From assembly GCF_054482525.1 (NCBI RefSeq), contig NZ_CM137006.1: 64,000 nucleotides of DNA, one strand, 5' to 3'. Position numbers and translations under genes: made by a program. The notes under the pieces were generated by a model that was not told the DNA's origin, ran no database searches, and saw only the letters and a program-made list of their open reading frames with translations. This document shows positions 13,548-26,227 of the stretch, piece by piece; position 1 is the stretch's first letter, and every line of letters begins with the position of its first letter.

Positions 13548-14267
13548 ATGGGGCGTAAAGGACTACTTGCTATTGTATTGTTGAGCCTGTTTATCGCCAT
13601 GATTTTTCAATTTTTCTGGCCTGCCCCACACGATGAGCACGTTTTCCTGCTGGTTGAAAAACCTGTCGTACCGTCTTTAAAAATCATTCACGCCGGCGAC
13701 CAGTTATTTATCCGCATTCTGAAAGCGGAAGATAAGCTGGAACTGTGGGCAAGCACCAACAACAAGCCTTACGAACTCTATAAAACCTGGACTATATGCG
13801 CGTGGTCTGGTGGCTTAGGGCCAAAGCACAAACAGGGGGATGGTAAAAGCCCGGAAGGTTTTTATGCCACCAACAAAGGGTTACTTAACCCAAACAGTCG
13901 CTATCATCTGGCATTTAATATTGGTTACCCGAATGCTTACGATCGGGCAAACGGCTACACCGGTGATTTCATTATGGTTCACGGAAACTGCCTTTCGGCG
14001 GGCTGCTATGCCATGACCGATGCTGGTATTGAAGAGATTTATCAACTGGTGGCGCAGGCGCTGAATAGCGGGCAGAAGAGCGTGCCGGTGCATATCTTCC
14101 CGTTTGCGATGAACGAAGAAAATATGCGCCAGGCGCAGGTATGGCCGGAATATAATTTCTGGCGTATGTTGAAGCCCGGCTATGATTACTTTGAAAAAAA
14201 TCGCCGATTGCCAACCATCACCATTGAAAACCGGCGTTATAAAATCAGCCCAACAACTCATCCTTAG
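13548..14267 (+). CDS. YafK/DpaA-like L,D-transpeptidase-fold protein (YkuD domain) with N-terminal signal/anchor
   Basis: 239 aa; hydrophobic N-terminus; YkuD catalytic motif HGNCLSAGC; long-range similarity to E. coli YafK (…SGGLGPK…[10 protein letters not shown]…[11 protein letters not shown]…GCYAM…PGYDYFE…). Confidence 0.75.
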   Translation: MGRKGLLAIVLLSLFIAMIFQFFWPAPHDEHVFLLVEKPVVPSLKIIHAGDQLFIRILKAEDKLELWASTNNKPYELYKTWTICAWSGGLGPKHKQGDGKSPEGFYATNKGLLNPNSRYHLAFNIGYPNAYDRANGYTGDFIMVHGNCLSAGCYAMTDAGIEEIYQLVAQALNSGQKSVPVHIFPFAMNEENMRQAQVWPEYNFWRMLKPGYDYFEKNRRLPTITIENRRYKISPTTHP

Positions 14268-15252
14268 CATCCATCGCCAGTTCAAACGAATGCAGGCGCG
14301 CCTGGTGATCGAAAATCTGCCCGTTAACCATAATCTCATCGGCGTCGGTTTCGCGCAGGATCGACTGCAAGCCGTGACGCACTTTCGCTTTATCGCCCAC
14401 CAGCGACATACTCAGCGCCTGCTGCACGCCATACTGCTCGGACGGTGACCAGAACTGATCCATATTTTGAATCGGCGGCGGTAGTTGCCCGGTTTCGCCA
14501 CGGCGTAGTTTCACAAAGGCTTGCTGCATTGAGGTAAAGAGAAATTCAGCGTCGCGGTTGCTGTCGGCGGCGATAATATTGATGCACACCATCGCATACG
14601 GTTTTTCCAGCCGAGCCGACGGTTTGAAGTTACTGCGATAAAGATGCAGCGCCTGGAACAACATATCCGGCGCGAAGTGTGAGGCAAACGCAAACGGCAG
14701 ACCAAGCTGCGCCGCCAGTTGCGCACTGTAAAGGCTGGAGCCTAACAACCATACGGGGATTTTTTCGCCATAGCCTGGTACCGGGCGCACATGTGGATTG
14801 GGATCGCGGGCGTCAAACCAGTCCACCAGCTCCGCGACATCGCGGGGGAAATTATCAATATCGCCGCTCATATGACGACGTAGAGCCATCATGGTTCGCT
14901 GGTCACTACCCGGAGCACGACCCAGCCCCAAATCGATTCGCCCCGGATAGAGCGTATTAAGCGTGCCGAACTGTTCGGCGATCACCAATGGTGAGTGATT
15001 AGGCAACATCACGCCGCCAGACCCCAGATGCAGCGTAGTGGTATTCGCCGCCAGATAGCCAATCAAAACTGATGTTGCAGCACTGGCAATGCCAGTCATA
15101 TTGTGGTGTTCTGCCAGCCAGTAGCGATGATAGCCGCGCTTTTCAGCCAGACGGGCGAGATCGAGAGAGTGGGAGAATGCTTCTCGCGCTGAAGAACCTT
15201 CGGGAATGGGGGCCAGATCGAGTAGCGAAAACGGAATGGTTTTATCAGTCAT
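14245..15252 (-). CDS. yhbW: Luciferase-like monooxygenase YhbW
   Basis: 335-aa [22 protein letters not shown]...; bacterial luciferase-like family. Confidence 0.93.
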   Translation of the reverse strand: MTDKTIPFSLLDLAPIPEGSSAREAFSHSLDLARLAEKRGYHRYWLAEHHNMTGIASAATSVLIGYLAANTTTLHLGSGGVMLPNHSPLVIAEQFGTLNTLYPGRIDLGLGRAPGSDQRTMMALRRHMSGDIDNFPRDVAELVDWFDARDPNPHVRPVPGYGEKIPVWLLGSSLYSAQLAAQLGLPFAFASHFAPDMLFQALHLYRSNFKPSARLEKPYAMVCINIIAADSNRDAEFLFTSMQQAFVKLRRGETGQLPPPIQNMDQFWSPSEQYGVQQALSMSLVGDKAKVRHGLQSILRETDADEIMVNGQIFDHQARLHSFELAMDAKDELLG

Positions 15253-15332
15253 AACAGCTCACTTTGTTACCGATTAATCTTTAATACTGCATTAAAGAGT
15301 AGTTAAAGTTGTTAACAAAGTGAGCTATATAC

Positions 15333-16211
15333 TTACGCTTGCAGCTCCAGCCCGGCCAGCCGCCGCCAGTAGCCGTTACAATCGCTGTTTGCCGTCAACG
15401 GCAGTGGTGCAGCGCCATTTTCATTGGCGCGGAAGGCGTCGAGCATTGCGAAAGTGTCAGTACCCTGCGGTGACAGGCGGACCACATCGACCAGCCCCTG
15501 CATGGATGTCAGCTCGTTACCGAGGTTGTAAACGTAGCCGCTCATGGTCTGAATGCCATTGAGTACAAACACTTGTTGGTTTTCCTGCGATAGCACGTTG
15601 CGCCCGTTCGGATACTTAATGCAGCAGGTTTCACACTCATCTTTCGGGCGGTCTTCCGAACGCGCGGTAAAGCAGCGGGCGGAGTAGGCCAGCGGCAGAT
15701 GACCGTAGCTCAGGACTTCCACTTCAAACTGGTTGCGAATGCCCAGCTCATCGCACTGATTAAGCAGATTCACCAGCCAGTCGCGGGATAGCTCCACCGG
15801 CATACACCAGCGCATCATGCCCTGTTTAAGCAATATTTTCAGCGTCACCGCGTTGTAGCAGTTCAGCGCATGTCCGGCGACGAACGGCAGTTTGCGTTCA
15901 GCGCACATATTCACCACGCCGAGATCGCTGGCTTCAATCAGAAACTCACCGTTCTCAACATAGCGTTTCAGTTCGCCCAGTTCAGAGGATGCCTGCACCA
16001 GCGCCAGCGTGGAGAGCACAATCTGCTTACCACTTCCGGCGAGTGATTTTGCCATCTCCAGCCAGTCGCCAACTTTGGTTGCCCGGCGCTTGCTGCATAC
16101 CGCTTCACCAAGATAAATCACGTCGGCGCTGCTGGCGGCGGCCTGCTGATAAAATTCTTCCAGCGTCTCTTTTGGCCAGTACCACAGCACTGGCCCTAAG
16201 GAATATTTCAT
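15333..16211 (-). CDS. ubiV: U32-family protein UbiV (O2-independent ubiquinone biosynthesis)
   Basis: MKYSLGPVLWYWPKETLEEFYQQ...; 292 aa from internal ATG of track ORF. Confidence 0.9.
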   Translation of the reverse strand: MKYSLGPVLWYWPKETLEEFYQQAAASSADVIYLGEAVCSKRRATKVGDWLEMAKSLAGSGKQIVLSTLALVQASSELGELKRYVENGEFLIEASDLGVVNMCAERKLPFVAGHALNCYNAVTLKILLKQGMMRWCMPVELSRDWLVNLLNQCDELGIRNQFEVEVLSYGHLPLAYSARCFTARSEDRPKDECETCCIKYPNGRNVLSQENQQVFVLNGIQTMSGYVYNLGNELTSMQGLVDVVRLSPQGTDTFAMLDAFRANENGAAPLPLTANSDCNGYWRRLAGLELQA

Positions 16212-16219
16212 TGCTTTTC

Positions 16220-17215
16220 TCACTGCCATTTACGGTGATACGCGCCAAGGGTGGTCTGCGTGCCTTCGGACATCGACCCGAGCGTCTCCATCCACGCGCT
16301 TTGCGGTACGAAGTTTTGCGGATCGGCCTTACAACGGTCGATAGCCTGACGCCAGACTTTCGCCACCTGGCTGACATACGCCGGGCTACGCTGGCGGCCT
16401 TCAATTTTCACCGAAGCAATATTCGCTGCCATTAACTCCGGCAGCAGTTCCAGGGTATTGAGACTGGTGGGTTCTTCCAGCGCGTGATAGCGCTCGCCGT
16501 CCACCAGATAACGCCCTTTACACAGCGTCGGATAACCTGCGTTTTCGCCGTCCTGATAACGGTCGATCAGCACTTCGTTCAGGCGGGATTCCAGCCCCTG
16601 CGGCGTTTGCTGCCAGCGCACGAAGCGAGCCGGAGAACATGCACCGACGGTGTTGGGCGATTCACCCGTCAGATATGACGACAGATAGCAACGGCCTTCC
16701 GACATAATGCACAGGCTGCCGAAAGCAAAGACTTCCAGTGGTACAGGCGTGACCCGCGCCAGTTGTTTCACCTGATGAATCGACAACACGCGCGGCAGCA
16801 CCACGCGGGCAACGTCAAAATGGCGATGATAAAAGTTAATCGCCTCTTCATTGGTCGCCGAAGCCTGCACTGACACATGACGCTCAATATGCGGGTAACG
16901 CTCGGCGGCGTACTCCAGCATGGCGAGGTCGGCGAGGATCAGCGCGTCGGCACCCAGCTGCGCCGCCATATCCACGGCGCGCTGCCAGCGGGCGTAACCG
17001 TCCGGGTGCGCAAAAGTGTTAATCGCGATGTGAAGTTTGCGGCGATGTTGATGGACAAAACTCACCGCTTCCTGCAATTTTTTCTCGGTAAAGTTAAGGC
17101 CGGCGAAGTGACGGGCATTGGTATCATCTTTTAGCCCGATATAAACAGCATCTGCGCCGTTTTCGATGGCCGCCTTAAGCGCCGGGAGATTTCCGGCAGG
17201 GCAGAGCAGCTCCAT
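16220..17215 (-). CDS. ubiU: U32-family protein UbiU
   Basis: MELLCPAGNLPALKAAIENGADAVYIG...; 331 aa; 8-bp spacing to ubiV. Confidence 0.9.
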   Translation of the reverse strand: MELLCPAGNLPALKAAIENGADAVYIGLKDDTNARHFAGLNFTEKKLQEAVSFVHQHRRKLHIAINTFAHPDGYARWQRAVDMAAQLGADALILADLAMLEYAAERYPHIERHVSVQASATNEEAINFYHRHFDVARVVLPRVLSIHQVKQLARVTPVPLEVFAFGSLCIMSEGRCYLSSYLTGESPNTVGACSPARFVRWQQTPQGLESRLNEVLIDRYQDGENAGYPTLCKGRYLVDGERYHALEEPTSLNTLELLPELMAANIASVKIEGRQRSPAYVSQVAKVWRQAIDRCKADPQNFVPQSAWMETLGSMSEGTQTTLGAYHRKWQ

Positions 17216-17423
17216 AATTTTTCCTGAAGGTTGCGCTATCAAAGCGCAAAAATGTTAACGAACTGGGATTTTAGTTAACCTTGCTGCGACAATTTTTGAT
17301 TTAAGGCAGTTAAAGTTGTATTGGTGGTAGCAGCAATTTCATATGGAATTGTTGATTTATACCGCTATGTTATTTTTCTGATATGGCAAAATAGGATGAT
17401 TGTTGAAACAGGGAGTAAAACTC

Positions 17424-17948
17424 GTGTTGGATAAACTGCGTTCCCGTATTGTGCATTTGGGGCCATCTCTGTTGAGTGTACCGGTAAAACTGACGCCATT
17501 TGCGCTAAAACGCCAGGTTCTTGAGCAGGTCTTAAGCTGGCAATTCCGTCAGGCGCTGGATGATGGCGAGCTGGAGTTTCTTGAAGGCCGCTGGTTAAGT
17601 ATTCATGTGCGTGATATTGACCTGCAATGGTTTACCTCGGTGGTGAATGGCAAACTGGTCGTTAGCCAGAACGCGCAAGCTGATGTGAGTTTTAGTGCCG
17701 ACGCCAGCGATCTGCTGATGATTGCGGCGCGTAAACAAGATCCGGATACGCTCTTCTTCCAGCGTCGGCTGGCGATTGAAGGCGATACGGAGCTGGGGCT
17801 GTATGTGAAAAACCTGATGGACGCCATTGAACTGGAGCAAATGCCGAAAGCCTTACGCATGATGCTGCTGCAACTGGCGGATTTTGTTGAGGCGGGAATG
17901 AAAACCGCGCCTGAAACCAAACAGACATCGGTAGGTGAACCATGCTAA
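17424..17948 (+). CDS. ubiT: SCP2-domain protein UbiT (YhbT)
   Basis: …LDKLRSRIVHLGPSLLSVPVKLTPFALKR…; likely GTG start at 17424 (track ORF begins 17400); divergent from ubiU. Confidence 0.8.
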   Translation: MLDKLRSRIVHLGPSLLSVPVKLTPFALKRQVLEQVLSWQFRQALDDGELEFLEGRWLSIHVRDIDLQWFTSVVNGKLVVSQNAQADVSFSADASDLLMIAARKQDPDTLFFQRRLAIEGDTELGLYVKNLMDAIELEQMPKALRMMLLQLADFVEAGMKTAPETKQTSVGEPC

Positions 17949-18445
17949 TTCGAGTAGAAATTCCCATTGATGCGCCGGGTATTGATGCCCTGCTGCGTCG
18001 TTCATTCGAAAGTGATGCGGAAGCGAAGCTGGTTCACGATCTGCGTGAAGATGGCTTTCTGACGTTGGGGCTGGTGGCGACAGATGACGAAGGTCAGGTC
18101 ATTGGCTATGTGGCATTTAGTCCGGTTGATGTGCAGGGCGAAGACCTGCAATGGGTCGGCATGGCACCGTTGGCGGTTGATGAAAAATACCGTGGACAGG
18201 GGCTGGCACGCCAACTGGTCTATGAAGGACTCGATTCGCTTAATGAGTTCGGCTATGCCGCAGTGGTGACGCTGGGCGATCCGGCGCTGTACAGTCGTTT
18301 CGGCTTTGAGCTGGCGGCGCATCACGATCTGCGTTGTCGCTGGCCGGGCACTGAAAGCGCCTTCCAGGTACATCGTTTAGCGGATGACGCGCTGAACGGC
18401 GTAACCGGTCTGGTTGAGTATCACGAGCACTTCAATCGCTTTTAA
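17942..18445 (+). CDS. yhbS: GNAT-family N-acetyltransferase YhbS
   Basis: 167-aa ORF, acetyl-CoA binding motif region ([10 protein letters not shown]). Confidence 0.9.
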   Translation: MLIRVEIPIDAPGIDALLRRSFESDAEAKLVHDLREDGFLTLGLVATDDEGQVIGYVAFSPVDVQGEDLQWVGMAPLAVDEKYRGQGLARQLVYEGLDSLNEFGYAAVVTLGDPALYSRFGFELAAHHDLRCRWPGTESAFQVHRLADDALNGVTGLVEYHEHFNRF

Positions 18446-18734
18446 TCTTTGGGGTTTGCAGGCTGCTCAACAGTTCTGCAAACCCTGCGCCTTTCGCTAC
18501 CAGACGTTCTTTTTGCCGTTTGGTCAGTTGCTTAACGCGATATTCTGCCCGTAACGCCAGCGAACGATCGCCCACTGGCGCGGAAAACGCCAGCGTTAGT
18601 TCTCCTTTCCCGCGCAGTGCTTTCGCCCCTTTGCCGCTTTGGTGCTCCTTATAGCGGCGTTCGACATCCGTGGTGATCCCGGTATAAAGCTTATTATCGG
18701 CGGTACGGATCAAGTAAAGAAACCAGGGTGTCAT
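18432..18734 (-). CDS. yhbQ: GIY-YIG domain protein YhbQ
   Basis: 100-aa ORF with GIY-YIG-type motif ([15 protein letters not shown]…). Confidence 0.9.
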   Translation of the reverse strand: MTPWFLYLIRTADNKLYTGITTDVERRYKEHQSGKGAKALRGKGELTLAFSAPVGDRSLALRAEYRVKQLTKRQKERLVAKGAGFAELLSSLQTPKIKSD

Positions 18735-18784
18735 CGTCTGTGTCGCATGTTAAGGTCAGGCCCACAGTATAAAAGAGAACAGTT

Positions 18785-19207
18785 ATGGAAACACTCACCG
18801 CCATCAGCCGTTGGATGGCAAAACAACATGTTGTCACCTGGTGTGTGCAGCAGGAAGGGGAATTGTGGTGCGCCAATGCCTTTTATCTTTTTGATGCGCA
18901 GAAAGTTGCCTTCTACATTTTGACGGAAGAAAAAACGCGCCACGCGCAGATGAGTGGGCCGCAGGCGGTAGTTGCCGGAACGGTAAACGGTCAGCCGAAA
19001 ACGGTAGCGTTAATTCGCGGCGTGCAATTTAAAGGCGAGATCCGCAGACTGGAAGGTGAGGAAAGCGACCTCGCACGCCAGGCGTACAATCGACGCTTTC
19101 CGGTTGCCAGAATGCTGTCGGCCCCGGTGTGGGAAATCCGGCTCGATGAAATCAAATTCACCGACAACACGCTGGGCTTTGGTAAAAAAATGATCTGGCT
19201 ACGTAAC

Positions 19208-19228
<21 letters not shown>
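18785..19228 (+). CDS. yhbP: UPF0306 protein YhbP
   Basis: 147-aa [22 protein letters not shown]... Confidence 0.88.
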
Positions 19229-20489
<1,261 letters not shown>

Positions 20490-20561
20490 TTATTCCCAAG
20501 AATTGATAGTGAGCGTAATATTCACGCGCTCAATTATCATAACTTATTCCTGGGGAATGCT

Positions 20562-21602
20562 ATGACTGGTCAGTCTTCATCTCAGGCGGCAACGCCCATT
20601 CAGTGGTGGAAACCCGCGCTTTTCTTTCTCGTTGTCATTGCTGGTCTCTGGTATGTGAAATGGCAACCTTACTACGGCAAAGCGTTTACTGCTGCCGAAA
20701 CCCACAGTATCGGTAAATCTATCCTTGCGCAGGCGGATGCTAATCCGTGGCAGGCGGCGTTGGATTACGCGATGATCTATTTCCTCGCGGTATGGAAAGC
20801 GGCGGTGCTGGGGGTGATCCTCGGTTCGTTGATTCAGGTGCTGATCCCGCGTGACTGGTTGCTGCGTACGCTTGGGCAATCGCGCTTTCGCGGCACGCTG
20901 CTGGGAACGCTGTTTTCGCTGCCGGGCATGATGTGTACCTGCTGTGCGGCTCCGGTCGCGGCGGGAATGCGTCGCCAACAGGTATCGATGGGCGGGGCGC
21001 TGGCATTCTGGATGGGGAATCCGTTGTTAAACCCGGCGACGCTGGTGTTTATGGGGTTTGTCCTCGGTTGGCAATTTGCCGCGATTCGTCTGGTTGCAGG
21101 CCTTGCGATGGTGTTGCTGATTGCGACGCTGGTGCAAAAATGGGTGCGTGAAACACCGCAAACGCAGGCTCCGGTCGAAATTGACATACCGGAAGCGCAG
21201 GGCGGATTTTTTAGCCGCTGGGGCAGGGCGCTATGGACGCTTTTCTGGAGTACGATCCCGGTTTACATCCTTGCAGTACTGGTGTTGGGTGCCGCTCGCG
21301 TCTGGTTATTCCCCCATGCCGATGGTGCTGTCGATAACAGCCTGATGTGGGTGGTGGCGATGGCGGTAGCGGGATGCTTGTTTGTCATTCCCACGGCGGC
21401 AGAAATTCCAATTGTACAAACGATGATGCTGGCAGGCATGGGAACCGCTCCGGCGCTGGCATTGTTGATGACGCTCCCGGCGGTGAGTTTGCCGTCACTG
21501 ATTATGTTGCGTAAAGCGTTCCCGGCGAAAGCCTTATGGCTGACGGGGGCGATGGTGGCAGTGTCTGGTGTGATTGTCGGCGGGCTGGCGCTGTTGGTTT
21601 GA
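20562..21602 (+). CDS. yraQ: Predicted permease YraQ
   Basis: 346-aa polytopic membrane protein. Confidence 0.9.
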   Translation: MTGQSSSQAATPIQWWKPALFFLVVIAGLWYVKWQPYYGKAFTAAETHSIGKSILAQADANPWQAALDYAMIYFLAVWKAAVLGVILGSLIQVLIPRDWLLRTLGQSRFRGTLLGTLFSLPGMMCTCCAAPVAAGMRRQQVSMGGALAFWMGNPLLNPATLVFMGFVLGWQFAAIRLVAGLAMVLLIATLVQKWVRETPQTQAPVEIDIPEAQGGFFSRWGRALWTLFWSTIPVYILAVLVLGAARVWLFPHADGAVDNSLMWVVAMAVAGCLFVIPTAAEIPIVQTMMLAGMGTAPALALLMTLPAVSLPSLIMLRKAFPAKALWLTGAMVAVSGVIVGGLALLV

Positions 21603-21616
21603 TTTGAGGGAAAACA

Positions 21617-21700
21617 TGTCGGATGCGTCGTAAACGCCTTATCCGACCTACGGTTTGCATCGTTGTAGGCCTGATAAGACGCGGCAAGCGTCGCATCAGG
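21617..21700. repeat. REP/BIME palindromic elements
   Basis: cggatgcgtcgtaaacgccttatccgacctac … gtaggcctgataagacgcggcaagcgtcgcatcaggc. Confidence 0.8.
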
Positions 21701-21714
21701 CATTACAAGGGCTG

Positions 21715-22290
21715 CTATTTAATAAACGTAAACGCCGTGGTTACCCGCTTCACGCCGCTTACCCGGCTGGCAATATCTGCCGCCGCTTTCGCTTCACGTT
21801 CAGTCACTAGCCCCATCAGGAACACTTCACCGTTTTCGGTGGTCACTTTCACGTTGGACGATTTCACCAGGTCGCTGGTTAACAGCTGCGAACGCACTTT
21901 GGTGGTGATCCACGTATCGTTAGACGCTTCGCCCAGACCAATCGGCTGGCCCTGACGAATCTCGTTATACACTTCGTTGGCACCGTCGACGCCCATCGCA
22001 ATTTGTTTAGCGCGAGCCGAAAGTTCAGCGTTTGGTGACTGCCCAACCAGCAGCACTTTGCCCTGATACGCCGTGACATTAATACGGGTTTCTTTCTTTA
22101 TCTGTTCGTCTTTCGACAATGCGCTGTTTACGCGCACTTCCAGGGTACCATCGTCTACCTGGGTGCCGACACTGCGTGGGTCAGTTGCGGCTTTGGTACC
22201 CACAGCAGCGGTACCCACTACGGCAGCGGCAACACAACCTTGCAACAGCAGCGCGGAAAGAAGGACTGCGATTGGCGATAATGCCTTCAT
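21715..22290 (-). CDS. dolP: Outer-membrane lipoprotein DolP (YraP), dual BON domains
   Basis: 191 aa, lipobox LLQGC, two BON-like repeats. Confidence 0.93.
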   Translation of the reverse strand: MKALSPIAVLLSALLLQGCVAAAVVGTAAVGTKAATDPRSVGTQVDDGTLEVRVNSALSKDEQIKKETRINVTAYQGKVLLVGQSPNAELSARAKQIAMGVDGANEVYNEIRQGQPIGLGEASNDTWITTKVRSQLLTSDLVKSSNVKVTTENGEVFLMGLVTEREAKAAADIASRVSGVKRVTTAFTFIK

Positions 22291-22299
22291 GTATTCTCC

Positions 22300-22890
22300 T
22301 TAAACATCCTGGTGAGGGAAAAGCGTGTTATCGATCAGATCGCACAGGCAATTTACCGTCAGCATATGCATCTCCTGAATGCGAGCACTACGATGCGAAG
22401 GAATGCGGATCTCCACATCCTGTGGCCCTAACAAACCTGCAAGTTCACCGCCGTCATAGCCGGTTAATGCCACAATGGTCATATCACGCGTAACGGCAGC
22501 TTCTACCGCTTTTACAATATCGCGGCTGTTGCCACGGGTGGAAATGGCTAACAATACATCTCCCGCATGACCCAGCGCCCGCACCTGTTTTGCATACACT
22601 TCATCATGTAAGCGATCGTTGGCAATCGCCGTTAAGACAACATTATCAGTATTTAGTGCAATGGCAGGTAAGCTGGGCCGCTCCGTTTCGAAACGGTTGA
22701 TCATGCTGGCAGCAAAATGCTGTGCATTGGCAGCGGAAGTTCCATTACCACAACAGAGGATTTTGTTGCCATTGAGCAGAGACTGAACCAGCGTCATGGC
22801 TGCACGGGAGATGGCATCCGGAAGCGCCTCTGCCGCCGCAATTTGAGTTTGAATGCTTTCAGTGAAGCAAGCTTTAATTCTTTCTTGCAC
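22300..22890 (-). CDS. diaA: DnaA initiator-associating protein DiaA (SIS domain)
   Basis: 196-aa [26 protein letters not shown]... Confidence 0.93.
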
Positions 22891-22909
22891 GCTAATCCTT
22901 AAACCTTAA

Positions 22910-23305
22910 TTATGAGTGGTCATTAAAGGCATCCTTAATCCACTCAACCTCATTCCCGGTGAAGGCTACCACATCGAACCGGCAATCCACAGTATCAAAA
23001 CTCCCATTATGACGCGCGAGCCACAAGCGGGCAGTCTGTAATAATTTGTGTTGTTTGCTGCGGGTCACACTGGCTGCCGCGCCGCCATAAAGCGCAGAGC
23101 GGCGGTAACGCACCTCAACAAAAACGGTGGTCCGGCCTTCACGCATTATCAGATCGATCTCGCCGCCACGCTCGTTCACGTTAGCGGCGATAAACCGCAG
23201 TCCTTTGCCTTCCAGCCAGCGACGCGCTTGTGCTTCCCACGCATCGCCGGTCTGTTTGGTGGTTAACTGGCGGGGACTACCTGACCTTGTTGGTACTGTA
23301 GCCAT
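22910..23305 (-). CDS. yraN: UPF0102 protein YraN
   Basis: 131-aa ORF; conserved position between diaA and lpoA. Confidence 0.88.
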   Translation of the reverse strand: MATVPTRSGSPRQLTTKQTGDAWEAQARRWLEGKGLRFIAANVNERGGEIDLIMREGRTTVFVEVRYRRSALYGGAAASVTRSKQHKLLQTARLWLARHNGSFDTVDCRFDVVAFTGNEVEWIKDAFNDHS

Positions 23306-25299
23306 GATAACTTCCTGTTAATCACGCAATCCGGGTTAGCCGTCAGACTTCCGGTATTACCGTTGATTTCAAAACCCTGAACCTGGCGCATTTGTGAGAA
23401 ATGATTTGTCAACGACCAGGCATCGACGCCCATCGCATACATGCGAGCCAGCGAATAATCGTTGTTCACCGCGCTGAGCGCCTGCTGCATTAACGGCAGA
23501 TTACCGCCTGCCAGCATCGGGATTTCGCTGTACTGCAAGCCTTCCATCTCCAGACGGAAATCCGGGCCTGCGGTGCCTTGTGCGCTGCGGGAACTGGCGT
23601 ACAGCGTTGCACCGCTCTGGCTACCGTTACGCATGGCGATCATCGGTTTGATAAAAGCGATTTCACCCGGCGTTGCCACAATGTAGACCGCATCGACACG
23701 ACCGCCATTATTGGTGAACTGGTCATCGGTTGGCGTGGTTTGCAGCGTTGGATTGTTGGTCGTCATGCCGGAGTCGGTTGTCGCTCTGGGAGTAATCGGG
23801 CTACCCGTTAAAGCAATACCAGAACCGCCGTTAACACCCGCGCGTAATTCGCTGGTGGAACCAAATTTTTGTTGCAGAACGGTGCCGCCACCCAGTTTCT
23901 GCCACTCTTGCGCAAACGCATTGGCTACGCGATCGCCCAATGAACTACGTGGGATCAGCACCAGCGGCGCTTGTTTACCCTGGTCACGAATATGACGCGC
24001 AGCATCGCGCGCTTCGTCTTCTGGTGAAAGCGCGAAGTAACAAATATTGACGCGGTTTTCGATATTCTCCGGCTGGTTCAGTGCCAGCACGTTCAGCGGG
24101 GTGTTGCTCTTCAGCAACTCTTCAACGTTATTTTTCAGCAACGGGCCGACCACAATACTCGCGCCATCCTGTTGAACCTGGTTGAGGATCTGGCTAAGTG
24201 GTTGTGATGATGTATCGTAGATTTTCAGCTCTGCGGATGGATTCGCAGGTGCGCTTACCGCTGCGGTGGTTGCCGCCGGGGCGTTTACAGGCACCGGCTG
24301 GGCCGCAGGTTGTTCACCGGTCAGATCGCTAACCGAGGCTTGTGCCGGGCTGGCAACGCCATCCACGGTTTGCGGCTGAGGTTGTTCTGCTACGTCTGCG
24401 GCAGGTGCGGCAGCTACCTGAGTCGCCACTGGCTGAGTGCCGATATTTTTCGCCGCTTCAAAGCCTTGCTGAATAGTGCGACCAAATACCGCTGCCTGGC
24501 CATTCAGTGGCAAAAGCAGGGCGATTTTGTTGGTCGATGCGGGTTTAAACGCTTTTACGTTAACCAACTGCGTTGGCAGCATTTTCGCGCCCGGGTTGTT
24601 CGGATAACGTTTCTGCCAGTCGGCGATCCCGGCTTTCATCATGTCGGGATCGTTACGGTTATCAAACCAGATGCGCTGCAGATCCAGCCAGCCTTGCAGA
24701 ATATTTTCGTCGGCATTGATCACCAGCGTATTCGCCTGTTCCTGAGTCATGGAGGAGAGCGCCTGCCAGGTTGCGTCAATATTCTGCTGCTTTTCTTTCG
24801 CGCCGAGCAGCGGTTCCTGAGCAATTAACGCGCGCAGTAAATCAATGGAAGGACGCCCCTGGCTGGCATCGATTTTTACCTGCCAGTAACGCGCTTGCTG
24901 GTTTTGTTCTAAATCTGCAGGTGTGATTTTCGCCAGCAAGTTTTGCGCGCCAGCAAAATCTTTCTGCGCCAGTTTAATCTCTGCCGCCAGCAGTGTTTTC
25001 TCGCGACGCTGAGAATCGTTCAGTTCTTGCGGTAGTTGGTTAAACAACTCCACCGCCTGTCCGGTTTTACCTTCTTTCACCAGTGCACGAATGGCGAGTA
25101 ATTGCCAGTTGATCCTGGTATCATCAGAGCTTTGCTGCATCTGTTGCAGGTAAAAGGCAGAATCAGCCTGCGCCGTGCCCTGCATATAAGCAGTGGACTG
25201 ATCGGGAGTATGGGTGCCACAACCGGCGAAAATCAGGGCTGCCAGAACAACAGGCAGACAACGCGCGGCTTTCAAACGAGAAAATGTTGAGGGTACCAT
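23263..25299 (-). CDS. lpoA: Penicillin-binding protein activator LpoA (lipoprotein)
   Basis: [28 protein letters not shown]…; 678 aa from internal ATG; lipobox. Confidence 0.92.
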   Translation of the reverse strand: MVPSTFSRLKAARCLPVVLAALIFAGCGTHTPDQSTAYMQGTAQADSAFYLQQMQQSSDDTRINWQLLAIRALVKEGKTGQAVELFNQLPQELNDSQRREKTLLAAEIKLAQKDFAGAQNLLAKITPADLEQNQQARYWQVKIDASQGRPSIDLLRALIAQEPLLGAKEKQQNIDATWQALSSMTQEQANTLVINADENILQGWLDLQRIWFDNRNDPDMMKAGIADWQKRYPNNPGAKMLPTQLVNVKAFKPASTNKIALLLPLNGQAAVFGRTIQQGFEAAKNIGTQPVATQVAAAPAADVAEQPQPQTVDGVASPAQASVSDLTGEQPAAQPVPVNAPAATTAAVSAPANPSAELKIYDTSSQPLSQILNQVQQDGASIVVGPLLKNNVEELLKSNTPLNVLALNQPENIENRVNICYFALSPEDEARDAARHIRDQGKQAPLVLIPRSSLGDRVANAFAQEWQKLGGGTVLQQKFGSTSELRAGVNGGSGIALTGSPITPRATTDSGMTTNNPTLQTTPTDDQFTNNGGRVDAVYIVATPGEIAFIKPMIAMRNGSQSGATLYASSRSAQGTAGPDFRLEMEGLQYSEIPMLAGGNLPLMQQALSAVNNDYSLARMYAMGVDAWSLTNHFSQMRQVQGFEINGNTGSLTANPDCVINRKLSWLQYQQGQVVPAS

Positions 25300-25363
25300 A
25301 ATGTATCCAGTGATATTTTTTTTACGCAATGCTCAATATTAAATCGGCAAAACGGACGACACA

Positions 25364-26227
25364 ATGAAACAACACCAATCGGCGGATAATTCTCAGGGCC
25401 AGCTTTACATTGTACCGACGCCAATCGGCAATCTGGCGGATATCACCCAGCGTGCGTTGGAGGTATTACAGGCCGTTGATCTGATTGCCGCCGAGGATAC
25501 GCGTCACACCGGTTTATTGCTGCAACATTTTGGGATTAATGCTCGGTTGTTTGCGCTGCACGACCATAACGAACAACAAAAAGCCGAAACGCTGCTGGCG
25601 AAGCTGCAAGAGGGGCAAAACATTGCGCTGGTTTCCGATGCCGGAACGCCGCTAATTAACGATCCTGGCTACCATCTGGTGCGTACCTGCCGTGAAGCGG
25701 GGATTCGCGTGGTGCCGCTACCCGGGCCGTGTGCTGCTATCACTGCGTTAAGCGCCGCGGGTTTACCATCCGATCGTTTTTGTTATGAAGGCTTTTTACC
25801 TGCCAAATCAAAAGGCCGCCGTGATGCGCTAAAAGCCATTGAAGCGGAGCCGCGCACGCTGATTTTTTATGAATCTACCCACCGTCTGTTAGATAGCCTG
25901 GAAGATATCGTTGCGGTATTAGGCGAATCCCGCTACGTCGTTCTGGCGCGTGAGCTGACCAAAACCTGGGAAACCATTCACGGCGCGCCCGTTGGCGAGC
26001 TGCTGGCGTGGGTCAAAGAAGATGAAAACCGTCGCAAAGGCGAAATGGTACTGATTGTCGAAGGCCATAAAGCACAGGAAGAAGACTTACCCGCCGATGC
26101 CCTGCGCACGCTGGCGCTGCTACAGGCAGAACTGCCACTGAAAAAAGCGGCGGCGCTGGCAGCAGAAATTCACGGCGTGAAGAAAAATGCGCTGTATAAG
26201 TATGCACTGGAGCAGCAGGGAGAGTGA
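25364..26227 (+). CDS. rsmI: 16S rRNA (cytidine1402-2'-O)-methyltransferase RsmI
   Basis: 287-aa ORF, tetrapyrrole-methylase fold motifs ([15 protein letters not shown]). Confidence 0.93.

Noticed and set aside
12799-14267. Whether the mtr-yhbW islet is a phage-defence or toxin-antitoxin module
   Set aside because: No nuclease, ATPase, toxin or integrase signature; the only recognisable domain is a periplasmic L,D-transpeptidase fold, so kept as a finding without that label
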